Source: Patescibacteria group bacterium
GTDB lineage: Bacteria > Patescibacteriota > Patescibacteriia > JAHJFT01
Direction: 5' to 3'
Assembly (NCBI GenBank): GCA_028710985.1
Contig: JAQTTB010000001.1
Span: forward strand, 587,014-651,013
DNA length: 64,000 nt
In this document: piece by piece, positions 8,880-17,567 of the stretch
Position numbering within the stretch: the first letter of the stretch is position 1
Layout: each line of letters begins with the position of its first letter
Position numbers and translations under genes: made by a program
Notes under the pieces: generated by a model
The model's database searches: none
Seen by the model: only the letters and a program-made list of their open reading frames with translations
What the model was told of the DNA's origin: nothing

Positions 8880-9025
8880 TCATCCCGATCGCGGGGTGAA
8901 TTTTTTGATATAGCAAAGGTAGGAATCGAAGGGCGCGAGAACCCCGACGAAATGTCGGGGTGGTGCGCAGCGCCCCGGACCGCGAGTCGGAGCGAGCGGG
9001 ATTCCTACCGCCCCTGCCAAAAAAT
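8880..9025. mobile_element. Mini element ending in a 26-bp duplicate of the tRNA-Trp 3' end
   Basis: 9000-9025 equals 8854-8879. An inverted T-arm copy ggtaggaatcgaa lies at 8918-8930, with internal hairpins between. Confidence 0.65.
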
Positions 9026-9104
9026 CCTCTCGTAAGAAAGGTTTTTTTGTTTTAACAAAGAATCCCGACTTTCGTCGGGATTCTCTTAAGATCGAGCTAT
9101 CCAA

Positions 9105-9284
9105 TTAGTATTGTCTTGGAGGTCGATTTTTTCGCATTTCGCGATGGCAGTCTTTGCAGAGCAGCCGATCGAGACGGGCCGGATCCGGTTCAAAAGGCAG
9201 TTCTGTGATCTCGGCTCCGCATTTGGAGCAGACCCAGGTGCCCTTGAACATCTGGCGCGGTGCGAAATTGTTGTCGCTGTACAT
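9105..9284 (-). CDS. Small zinc-ribbon protein (CxxC-x17-CxxC family-like)
   Basis: Manual translation MYSDNNFAPRQMFKGTWVCSKCGAEITELPFEPDPARLDRLLCKDCHREMRKNRPPRQY. Upstream TTGACA-N17-TATAAT (about 9392-9420); downstream hairpin 9059-9084. Confidence 0.85.
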   Translation of the reverse strand: MYSDNNFAPRQMFKGTWVCSKCGAEITELPFEPDPARLDRLLCKDCHREMRKNRPPRQY

Positions 9285-9498
9285 TTTCGTTGACCTTATG
9301 TTTTGCTCTTCTTAACCATCCAAGACATTAATATATGTAAATATATAATACGGATTATTAAGCTTACGCAAAACTTATGAATTATGAGCCTATTATAGCA
9401 CAATAGTCCATATCTGTCAAGCCGCCGCGGGGCGCTCGCTGTTGATTCGCGCAATTGGCGTATCAAGTCTTTTCGGATATAATAATAACATATTTTTT

Positions 9499-11205
9499 AT
9501 GTCAGCGATTTTCATACAACTAAGTTTGGTTTTGGCCGTGGCAGTGGCGGCTTCACTCATCATGAGGTTACTGCGTCAACCGCTCATCATCGGCTATATC
9601 ATCACCGGCATCATCGTCGGGCCGATGGTCCTGGGTTTGGTGCGGCAGGGCGATTCGATTGAGGCGTTTGCCCACATCGGGGTCGCACTGCTTCTTTTTA
9701 TTGTCGGCTTGGGGCTTCATCCTAAAATGATTCGCGATGTCGGGGGAGTGGCGGTGGTGACCGGACTCGGACAGATTATATTTACCACGGTCATCGGCTG
9801 GGTAATCGGTGTTTTGCTCGGCTATGCGTCGCTCACCGCGCTATATCTTGCGTTCGCTTTCACGATGAGCAGCACCATTATTATTTTGCGCCTCTTGCAT
9901 GCCAAGGAAGACCAGGATACACTCTACGGCCGGATTGCCATCGGATTCCTTCTGGTGCAGGACTTTGTCGCCATGATTGTTTTTATGGTTCTTGCGAGCG
10001 CGCGTGGTGGCGGTCCACCCGAAATGCTGATTCTTTCCGTGTTTTTGAAAATCGTAGTTGTTGTTGCCGTGCTCTTGATGCTGGTCAAGTTCATCGTGCC
10101 GCTCATCGACCGTTTCTTGGCGCCGAGCAGCGAGTTATTATTTATTTTTGCGATCAGCGTTTGTTTTATTTTCGCCAGCCTATTTGAATATTTTGATTTT
10201 TCTCGCGAACTCGGCGCGCTCGTTGCCGGTTTGGCGCTTTCGTTTTCGCCCTGCCACCGCGAAATGGCGACGCGGCTCAAACCGCTCCGGGATTTTTTCC
10301 TGGTCGCATTTTTTATCGTGCTCGGCGCGGGTATGAGCCTTGTTGATATTGAAAAATCAATCCCCATGATCGTGTTTTTTTCGGCATTCATACTGATCGG
10401 CAATCCGCTTATTGTCTATCTCATAATGACGTGCATGGGTTATACCAAGAAAACCAGCTTTTTCGCCGGGCTCACGGTCGCGCAGATCAGTGAATTCTCG
10501 CTTATACTTCTCGGCATGGGCGTGTCTCTTGGCCACATTCCGGCAAGCATCGTCGGGCCGGCAACCGTGGTTGGCGTTCTCACGATCGGCATCTCTACTT
10601 ACATGATAATGCACAATCACACCCTGTATCGCATTTTGGAAAGATTTCTTTCATTCCTTGCGCCGTGGCATAAACCGACGCGGGAAAAAGGCGCCGCATT
10701 CCGCCCTAAAAAGATTGACGTTCTTGTTCTCGGCAGCCATCGCCTGGGTGGCGGCATCGTGAATATGCTCAAAGAGCTGAAAGTAAATTTTCTAGTTATT
10801 GATCACGATCCGCTGGTTATTCACGCGTTGGAAAAACAAAAAGTTCCGGCCGTCTTCGGCTCGGCCGACGATATTTCGTTTTTGGATCATCTTCCGCTCA
10901 AAGAGACGCGCCTCATTATTTCAACCATACCTGACGTTGAGACAAATGAATTCTTGGTTCATTATGCCAAGACCGCCGCGCCAGCGGCCAATGTTGTCTG
11001 CGTGGCCAATCATGCGTCGCACGCCAAGAATTTATATGACGCCGGTGCCGCCTATGTGGTAATGCCGCCGTATCTTGGCCGAAAATATATTATTGATCTC
11101 GTGAAGCGAAATCGTTTGGATCCGTCAAAATATCGTGAAGAAAAAGCCTGCCACATTAAAGATTTAAGATACATTGGAAACGGTGCGAATTCGGACGGGG
11201 ATTAG
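9499..11205 (+). CDS. CPA2 cation:proton antiporter with C-terminal TrkA-N domain (KefB/KefC-like)
   Basis: Many TM helices; LLFIVGL, GFLLVQD, AQISEFS; C-terminal Rossmann-like domain. Confidence 0.9.
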   Translation: MSAIFIQLSLVLAVAVAASLIMRLLRQPLIIGYIITGIIVGPMVLGLVRQGDSIEAFAHIGVALLLFIVGLGLHPKMIRDVGGVAVVTGLGQIIFTTVIGWVIGVLLGYASLTALYLAFAFTMSSTIIILRLLHAKEDQDTLYGRIAIGFLLVQDFVAMIVFMVLASARGGGPPEMLILSVFLKIVVVVAVLLMLVKFIVPLIDRFLAPSSELLFIFAISVCFIFASLFEYFDFSRELGALVAGLALSFSPCHREMATRLKPLRDFFLVAFFIVLGAGMSLVDIEKSIPMIVFFSAFILIGNPLIVYLIMTCMGYTKKTSFFAGLTVAQISEFSLILLGMGVSLGHIPASIVGPATVVGVLTIGISTYMIMHNHTLYRILERFLSFLAPWHKPTREKGAAFRPKKIDVLVLGSHRLGGGIVNMLKELKVNFLVIDHDPLVIHALEKQKVPAVFGSADDISFLDHLPLKETRLIISTIPDVETNEFLVHYAKTAAPAANVVCVANHASHAKNLYDAGAAYVVMPPYLGRKYIIDLVKRNRLDPSKYREEKACHIKDLRYIGNGANSDGD

Positions 11206-12446
11206 GGGCCGGGTAGATATTTTATATCTTCGGTTTTCTCCGGCGCGTTCACCGATTTTCTGAATCCGACGCGCTCGGGTGCGTTGTCCGCGGTGCCGTG
11301 CATGCGGCCGCGGTAAACCGAATATTCGCCGAATTTATCATTGATATCGTCAAGCGCCTCGGTGAGGCGTTTTTTCTTTATGGCATCATCCCAGAATTCC
11401 ATCTGCCCGCTCCAGGGCCGGAGATCGGCCGCGGTTACCGCGAGCATGGTAACCTCGGAGCGCAGATTGTCGCGAAGCGCACGGAAAGAGATTTTCCAGA
11501 TGTCCAGACTGTCATAAACCGGCTGGGGTGTGCGGATATATTTATAATCCCCGAATTTGTATTTATACGACCAGCCGATATATATTTTCCCGGCCGCGCG
11601 GCCGGACTCGCGCAGGCGTCGGCCGGTTTTCTCACAGAGCTTCATGAGGATATTGCCCAAATATTCAGGATCCCGCGTGGCAAACGGCAGGCAGTACGAG
11701 TGGCCGATTGATTTTGGCGCGCGCTGCGCGTCCGGATCCACAACTTCGATCTCTTCGCCGTGGATTTTTGCCCAAAGATAATAACCCGGCCGGCCCATCG
11801 ACTGCATGAGGTTGGTTGGGGAGAAATTGTAGAGGTCGATCAGATTTAGGATGCCGAGCCGGTTAAGCCGTACCGCGATCCGGGTATTGATTCCCCAGAC
11901 ATCGGTGAGTTTCATGTCATTGTAGATGTTGGGAATGTCATCCGGCCGGATGATGCTCAGGCCGTCCGGTTTTTTAAATTCTGATGCCACTTTCGCGAGA
12001 AAGCGTGTAAATGAAATGCCGATTGAGCAGGAGAGCCAGCTGCCGATTTCTGAGTGGATGCGCCGCTTAATATCCCTGGCCATGCTTTCAACGGATGTAT
12101 AGTCCGCGGCATGGCCGGTGAGATCCAAAAATGCCTCGTCAATGCTGTATGGTTCCACGATCGGCGTATAATCTTTGAAAATTGAAAAAATGCCCTGGGT
12201 GACGAAGCGGTATTTAATCGGGTCGCATTGCACAAGCTCGATTCTGGGTACGAGTTTTTTTGCGTCGCCGGCAATTGTGCCGGTCTTTACCCCAAATGCT
12301 TTCGCTTCGCGGCTCGCGGCAATAATGCAGCCGTTTTTTGAAACATACGCGCAAACGCCAACCGGCTTGCCGCGCAGATGCGGATTGGCCTGCTGTTCGA
12401 CCGAGGCAAAATACGAATTCATGTCCGCGTGCATGACGATCCGCAT
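11202..12446 (-). CDS. dinB: Y-family DNA polymerase IV
   Basis: HADMNSYFASVE, YSIDEAFLD, LAKVASEFKKPDG. Confidence 0.95.
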   Translation of the reverse strand: MRIVMHADMNSYFASVEQQANPHLRGKPVGVCAYVSKNGCIIAASREAKAFGVKTGTIAGDAKKLVPRIELVQCDPIKYRFVTQGIFSIFKDYTPIVEPYSIDEAFLDLTGHAADYTSVESMARDIKRRIHSEIGSWLSCSIGISFTRFLAKVASEFKKPDGLSIIRPDDIPNIYNDMKLTDVWGINTRIAVRLNRLGILNLIDLYNFSPTNLMQSMGRPGYYLWAKIHGEEIEVVDPDAQRAPKSIGHSYCLPFATRDPEYLGNILMKLCEKTGRRLRESGRAAGKIYIGWSYKYKFGDYKYIRTPQPVYDSLDIWKISFRALRDNLRSEVTMLAVTAADLRPWSGQMEFWDDAIKKKRLTEALDDINDKFGEYSVYRGRMHGTADNAPERVGFRKSVNAPEKTEDIKYLPGP

Positions 12447-12467
12447 GTTTCAATATAAAATTTATAT

Positions 12468-12716
12468 TTATCCGTCGGTGTAGATTTCTACGAGCCGCCA
12501 CTCCAGTGTTTCGGTGTCAAATTTTAATTTAAAATAATTCAGCGGGTCGGAGACTGAAAAATAAAAAATTTTCTTGCTGCCTTCGCGCACGCTGTGGATC
12601 AGATTCACCTGCTTAATATCGTATTTTTTGCCGTTCCATTTCATTAGCCACGGCATGGCGCGGTTATTCCGGAACGCGACCAGCACATCCACGGGTTCGT
12701 CAACGAGATCGTACAT
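12468..12716 (-). CDS. Small hypothetical protein between lexA and dinB
   Basis: 82-aa beta-rich ORF, co-oriented in the operon. Confidence 0.75.
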   Translation of the reverse strand: MYDLVDEPVDVLVAFRNNRAMPWLMKWNGKKYDIKQVNLIHSVREGSKKIFYFSVSDPLNYFKLKFDTETLEWRLVEIYTDG

Positions 12717-12801
12717 AAATCAGCTCTTCATTGAACAGGGCGAGCATTATGGCGCGGTAGGCTTTTTTAACTTTTCTCCGGTAGATTAATATTTTTTTCA
12801 T
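12700..12801 (-). CDS. Possible 33-aa basic peptide (MKKILIYRRKVKKAYRAIMLALFNEELIYVRSR)
   Basis: Fills the gap after lexA; AT-rich leader; overlaps the next start codon. Confidence 0.35.
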   Translation of the reverse strand: MKKILIYRRKVKKAYRAIMLALFNEELIYVRSR

Positions 12802-12836
12802 ATTTTTTATTTTGGCCGCATGTATGCGGCCATTAC

Positions 12837-13463
12837 TTAAATCGCTTGGAACTTTCTCACTACCGCCTTCACCACGCCCTGTACAATCAAATCTTTTACA
12901 TAGATAGGCTGCATTGCGGAATTCGCCGGCTGGAGGCGGATGCGGCCGGCTTCGCGGTAAAATCGTTTTAGCGTGGCATAGGCGTTGTCCAAAAGCGCGA
13001 CCACCACATCGCCGTTTTTGGGCGATGGATTGCGCTCCACGATAACATAATCTCCGTCTAGGATGCCGTCCTCAATCATTGATCTGCCCTTGACGCGGAG
13101 AATGTACGAGTTGGCGCCGTCCACCACGATGTCCGCCGGTACGGCCATGGTCTCGCGCTCCTCGACCGCTTCAATCGGTTCGCCGGCCGTAATTAGCCCG
13201 GCAAGCGGCAGGGCAATGGCGCGGGAAAGATTTAGCATGCCGGCCGCGGGTTCAAGGCCGCGGATTTTTTCCGGTTTGATTTTCAAAAATCCTTTGTCGC
13301 GCAAATTCTGCAGATGTTCATGGACCGTGGCCGGCGAGGAGAGATTAAGCTCTTCGGCGATCTCGCGCACCGAAGGGGACAAGCCGTTATCCTTGATATA
13401 ATTCAAAATAAAATCGAGAACCCCTTTTTGTTTCTTTGTAATATTTTGCAACTTTTTTGCCAT
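12837..13463 (-). CDS. lexA: LexA repressor
   Basis: wHTH SPSVREIA; Ala-Gly cleavage site ITAGEP; catalytic Ser in VKGRSM and Lys in ATLKR. Confidence 0.97.
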   Translation of the reverse strand: MAKKLQNITKKQKGVLDFILNYIKDNGLSPSVREIAEELNLSSPATVHEHLQNLRDKGFLKIKPEKIRGLEPAAGMLNLSRAIALPLAGLITAGEPIEAVEERETMAVPADIVVDGANSYILRVKGRSMIEDGILDGDYVIVERNPSPKNGDVVVALLDNAYATLKRFYREAGRIRLQPANSAMQPIYVKDLIVQGVVKAVVRKFQAI

Positions 13464-13469
13464 ATTGTT

Positions 13470-13548
13470 GAATCATGAATTAGGAATCATGAATCAGGAA
13501 TAAAGTTGCTTGGCAAGCCCCTGATTCCTGATTCATAATTCTTTATTC
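13470..13548. repeat. Inverted heptamer tandem array (GAATCAG/CTGATTC), no cargo gene
   Basis: gaatcat gaattag gaatcat gaatcag gaataaa ... ctgattc ctgattc ataattc tttattc. Confidence 0.85.
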
Positions 13549-13626
13549 TCTTGTTAAGACTAAAGATACTAAATTGAAATAATACGTCACTTATCCACAG
13601 CCTTGCTGGTATGCATATATTATATA

Positions 13627-13643
13627 CCGAACAAAAACCGAAC
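13627..13643 (-). promoter_or_regulatory. Putative SOS box GTTCGG-N5-GTTCGG within the lexA promoter
   Basis: Direct repeat ccgaac-aaaaa-ccgaac lies over the spacer of TTGTGT-N17-TATAAT on the minus strand. Confidence 0.7.
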
Positions 13644-13744
13644 ACAAGATGCTTGTCAAGCCCCGGACCATTCTATTGACAGGATATGGCCAAAAGTGTA
13701 AGCTCAAAAGTCATCAACGTACTTTGAATAGGAGGACGACGAAA

Positions 13745-14713
13745 ATGGAAAACGGGGATAAGGCTATCGGTTCAAGCCAAGAGGATCCGGCCATTGATTT
13801 TAATTCTGCTTATCGCTGGTTCAAGGCTCTGATAATTGCCGGCGCCACCAAGCGCGACGCCGAAAAAATCATCAACGATCCGGATATGGCGAAGCGGCTA
13901 GTGGACTGGATGCGCAGCGGTCATCACTTGGCCGCCCCGCCAGCCGGCTATAAGCCGAGCCAGCCGCCGCCGGCATCCACCCGTCGCGTGGCGCTTGACA
14001 TTGAGCGCATGTATGATATTGATGAGCTTTTCGACGCTCCGGGCATGCGTGTGGAGCCGGCACTGCAGGTTGAGCGCTGGCGCGAACTCAACGCCGACGC
14101 TCGTCTCAATCTCTGCATCGACGAAGAGCACTTCAGGAGAATCCCTGTGCCGCCGCAGCGCCACCAGGACGATGTGCCGGTTGGCATGTCAGAAATTGCT
14201 CTGTGCTACGGTTTCGGTTTCGATGATGGTGGCAACGCCGATCTGGTAGAAAGCCTGCGGCGCTCTTGGCACATTCTAAAGTATCGCTTGGACAGGGGTT
14301 TAAAAATTGGTGTTTCCACGCCCTTCAAGATGAACGTAGACTATTTCCATCTGCGCCCCAATGCGGCGCCGCGGCCGCCTGGCTTCTTCTGGGCGAAGAT
14401 TCAGCTCGGCTGGCTCTATCAGGGACACTCTCTGGAGCTCGCGTTTCAGCGTATGTATCGCGGCGAAACCGCCATGGCACACGAGCCGCTCCAGATATTC
14501 AGCGTGACGCATCCCCAGCTCCTCGAGGAGTTTGACGGCGTGCGCATACCGTTTCTCATGCTCGGCGGATTCATGCTCGCGCCAAATGGCAACGGCGATT
14601 TCTCGAATCCCCGGATCGCCCCGCTTCTCAAGCGGCGACACGGTGATCTGGTATTGGAGGAGGGTCTGGAGATCCCGCATTCTCAGATCGGCCTCGCCAC
14701 CATGCGCATGTAG
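13745..14713 (+). CDS. Hypothetical protein (orphan cassette)
   Basis: TTGACA-N17-TAAGCT promoter at 13676; AGGAGG; ATG at 13745. Confidence 0.75.
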   Translation: MENGDKAIGSSQEDPAIDFNSAYRWFKALIIAGATKRDAEKIINDPDMAKRLVDWMRSGHHLAAPPAGYKPSQPPPASTRRVALDIERMYDIDELFDAPGMRVEPALQVERWRELNADARLNLCIDEEHFRRIPVPPQRHQDDVPVGMSEIALCYGFGFDDGGNADLVESLRRSWHILKYRLDRGLKIGVSTPFKMNVDYFHLRPNAAPRPPGFFWAKIQLGWLYQGHSLELAFQRMYRGETAMAHEPLQIFSVTHPQLLEEFDGVRIPFLMLGGFMLAPNGNGDFSNPRIAPLLKRRHGDLVLEEGLEIPHSQIGLATMRM

Positions 14714-14788
14714 CCTAGACGGGAAAAATTAGGTTCACCCGACCTGATTCTTCCCGTCATTTTTTTATTATGGTATACTATATATGTT

Positions 14789-15322
14789 ATGGACTGGGGC
14801 AAAATCACAAGCTATGTCACAAATATTAACTGGGCTAATCCGACCTGGGATTTGTTCATTGTTCTGTTTTTCATTGTCGGCGCCCTGCTTTACGGCCTGT
14901 CGCTCGGCCGGGACCGCATCATCGTGATTCTGGTAAGTATTTACATGGCTCTTGCCGTGGTCACTAACGCGCCGTATATCAAGGGATTCAACGCCGAGTT
15001 CACCATCAATCAGGGCTTTGTCCTGCGCATCGGATTTTTTCTTGGGATTTTCGTGGTATTATTTTTCCTGCTTTCGCGGAGCGCGCTTTTGCGAACCCTG
15101 GGCTCAGATTCGGCCGGCGCCTGGTGGCAGGTGATTGTTTTCAGCTTTTTGCAGTGCGGGCTCATGATCTCTGTGACACTCGCGTTTTTGCCAACCGGCA
15201 CAACTAGCAATCTTTCGCCCTTCATCCAGCAGGCATTTCTTTCTGATCCGGCGCGTTTTTGCTGGCTTGTTCTGCCCATTGTCATGATGGCCGTGGCGCG
15301 GGGCAAGAAAAAAGAGATATAG
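14789..15322 (+). CDS. Multi-pass membrane protein
   Basis: About five hydrophobic segments; 177 aa. Confidence 0.8.
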   Translation: MDWGKITSYVTNINWANPTWDLFIVLFFIVGALLYGLSLGRDRIIVILVSIYMALAVVTNAPYIKGFNAEFTINQGFVLRIGFFLGIFVVLFFLLSRSALLRTLGSDSAGAWWQVIVFSFLQCGLMISVTLAFLPTGTTSNLSPFIQQAFLSDPARFCWLVLPIVMMAVARGKKKEI

Positions 15323-15336
15323 GCTATCCAATAATT

Positions 15337-15525
15337 ATGGACGGCACGGAACGAAAAAACATTAAACCGGGAACCCCGGTTTTTATTGTTAAGAAAGACG
15401 ACCAGCCCACCGGCAAGTTGACCCGCGGCATTGTCAAAGATATTCTGACGAGCGCGTCCGTGCACCCGCGCGGCATCAAGGTGCGGCTGGAATCCGGCGA
15501 AGTGGGGAGAGTGCAGATTGTATAA
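15337..15525 (+). CDS. YwbE family protein (DUF2196)
   Basis: MDGTERKNIKPG...KDDQPTGKLTRGIVKDILT...HPRGIKVRLESGEVGRVQ. Confidence 0.9.
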   Translation: MDGTERKNIKPGTPVFIVKKDDQPTGKLTRGIVKDILTSASVHPRGIKVRLESGEVGRVQIV

Positions 15526-15537
15526 ATAAAAATAGCT

Positions 15538-16467
15538 ATGAAGAAAATCATCATTTTATTCAGCGCAATTTTACTTCTCGCCGGCGCCGGGTGCGGGAGC
15601 GGTGAGATTGTTTTGCCGACGCGCGAATCAAAAATACCGGCCGGCGCGGTCAAGATGGCGCCGGAAACCGATGTTGCTCCGCCGGAATTAAAATTAGATG
15701 ATTATTTTCCGCCCGTGCCGGTTGCCGGACCGGTTAATACGGCCGGCGGCGAGGATTCGCCTTTTTACGATCCGGAAAGCGATTCATTGTATTTCTTTTT
15801 TACGCCCGACGTGAGCGTGCCGGTGGAAAAACAAATCATTGACAACGTCACCGGCATCTATGTTTCAAAAAACATTGACGGCGAGTGGCAGGCGGCCGAG
15901 CGCGTGCTTCTCAATGATCCCGGGCAAGCCGGTTCCGACGGCTGCGAGTTTGTTCTGGGAAACAAGATGTGGTTCTGCGCGGTGCGCCAAGGCTACGCCG
16001 GCATCCACTGGTTTACCGCGGAATTTAAAAATAACAGATGGCAGAATTGGCGGCTCGCGGATTTTAATCAGGATTATAAAGTCGGAGAACTGCACATCAC
16101 CGCCGACGGCAAGGAGTTGTATTTTCATTCTGATCGCAATGGGGGAAGGGGCGGCTTGGATATTTGGGTTTCAAAAAATATTGACGGCGCGTGGCAGGAG
16201 CCCGAGAATGTCGCGGCCATAAATTCATCGCGCGATGAAGGCTGGCCCGCGCTCTCGCTCGACGGCAATGAGCTCTGGATTACCAAAGACTATGGAATCT
16301 GGCGGTCAAAAAAAATAAATGGCGAGTGGCAAGCCCCGGAACTTATCGTCTCATCCTTAGCGGGCGAAGCCACCATCGACGCGGACGGCAATGTTTATTT
16401 CGTGCATCATTATTATAAAGATGACAAAATGATTGAAGCGGATATTTATTTTCTTGAAAAAAAATGA
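15538..16467 (+). CDS. Lipoprotein with PD40/WD40-like beta-propeller repeats
   Basis: LAGAGC lipobox; DGKELYFHSDRNGGRGGLDIWVS. Confidence 0.8.
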   Translation: MKKIIILFSAILLLAGAGCGSGEIVLPTRESKIPAGAVKMAPETDVAPPELKLDDYFPPVPVAGPVNTAGGEDSPFYDPESDSLYFFFTPDVSVPVEKQIIDNVTGIYVSKNIDGEWQAAERVLLNDPGQAGSDGCEFVLGNKMWFCAVRQGYAGIHWFTAEFKNNRWQNWRLADFNQDYKVGELHITADGKELYFHSDRNGGRGGLDIWVSKNIDGAWQEPENVAAINSSRDEGWPALSLDGNELWITKDYGIWRSKKINGEWQAPELIVSSLAGEATIDADGNVYFVHHYYKDDKMIEADIYFLEKK

Positions 16468-16487
16468 ACGGGACATCGCTGTCTCGT

Positions 16488-16733
16488 TCAGGCTAGCGCC
16501 GCGCTCCGGCCGTGAGTGAGGTTGATGACATTGAAGTAGCCTTCCTCGGCGGCGTACTGGATGGCCGCTCGGCGCAGGCGGATGATGGCTTTGGCCACAT
16601 CCTCGGGTCCGCATTCGTCCTCCACTAGGAGAAGCGGCTGCTGCGGCGGGTGCAGTTCGAACGGCACCTGGTCAGAAAAAAGGCTTGCCCAGATGCGGCT
16701 CTGGTGCGTGTAGATGAGGATTGAGAGCTTCAT
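16488..16733 (-). CDS. Hypothetical protein (orphan cassette)
   Basis: TTGACA-N17-TAAAAT (16797-16769); AAGGAGG; 81 aa. Confidence 0.7.
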   Translation of the reverse strand: MKLSILIYTHQSRIWASLFSDQVPFELHPPQQPLLLVEDECGPEDVAKAIIRLRRAAIQYAAEEGYFNVINLTHGRSAALA

Positions 16734-16818
16734 GATTTACCTCCTTGTTAGTTGCTCTGCAATAAAATATTTTAGCACAAATTAAAAGAATTGTCAAGGC
16801 ATAGCGAGTCTTTTTTGT

Positions 16819-16850
16819 AAAAAATCCCCCGTTCGTGGAGGGGATTTTTT
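16819..16850. terminator. Bidirectional intrinsic terminator
   Basis: aaaaaatccccc gttcgtgga ggggatttttt. Confidence 0.65.
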
Positions 16851-16860
16851 AGTACCGATT

Positions 16861-17457
16861 CTATTGGTAGATGATAACCTCGCTTGCCGTGAATTCGGCC
16901 GCGTCTTTTATATTCGTTTCGGCCTTGACCGTAATGCGTCCGCCTTGCTCAATATCTTCAAACTCAGCCGGCGTATCATTGTATAAGGTTGGTGGCTCGG
17001 GGGGAGTTTGGTTCGCGGCGAGGGCGTTCATTTTTTTATTAAACGCCTCTTGTTCGGCGTCAAATTTTTCAGTGTCCTTTTCCGTGCGTATAATGAAGGT
17101 TGTCGCCGAGTCGGTTCGGACAATACGCGAAATGTTCTCGCGACTCGCGAGCGGATTGTCGGACAGCGGTTCGGCCGTAATGGTGAGCGCGCCGGCGCTG
17201 GCGTTTATATTCGTGATTGTGCCGGAGATCGCCATGATTTCCTCGGGTTCAGGCGCGAACAGGCCGGAAGCGTCAACCGCCTCTTTGGCCGCCTGCCAGG
17301 CCGTGGTATATCCCAGATTGAACGCGTCTTTGGCGGACTTTTGCCCCCAGAACAGGCCGGTGAGAAAAGCGGCGGCCAGAATAATTAGGGTACATATTGC
17401 AAAAAGCAGTAATTTCGTGCCAGCTAAGATTTTTTGTTCCATATTGATTTTAATCAT
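16861..17457 (-). CDS. Membrane-anchored hypothetical protein
   Basis: N-terminal TM helix followed by a beta-rich domain. Confidence 0.75.
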   Translation of the reverse strand: MIKINMEQKILAGTKLLLFAICTLIILAAAFLTGLFWGQKSAKDAFNLGYTTAWQAAKEAVDASGLFAPEPEEIMAISGTITNINASAGALTITAEPLSDNPLASRENISRIVRTDSATTFIIRTEKDTEKFDAEQEAFNKKMNALAANQTPPEPPTLYNDTPAEFEDIEQGGRITVKAETNIKDAAEFTASEVIIYQ

Positions 17458-17567
17458 GAATTAAGTACTATATTCCTGATTCCTGATTCATATTATACCG
17501 CCTTCTTGCCCATTTGGTAAGCGGTTCCTTCTATGATATAATAAAATAAATTTATTAAACATCATTT

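Noticed and set aside
13591-13599. DnaA box TTATCCACA (also TGTGGATAA at 32944-32952) as a replication origin
   Set aside because: These are isolated single boxes with no cluster, no unwinding element and no dnaA nearby.
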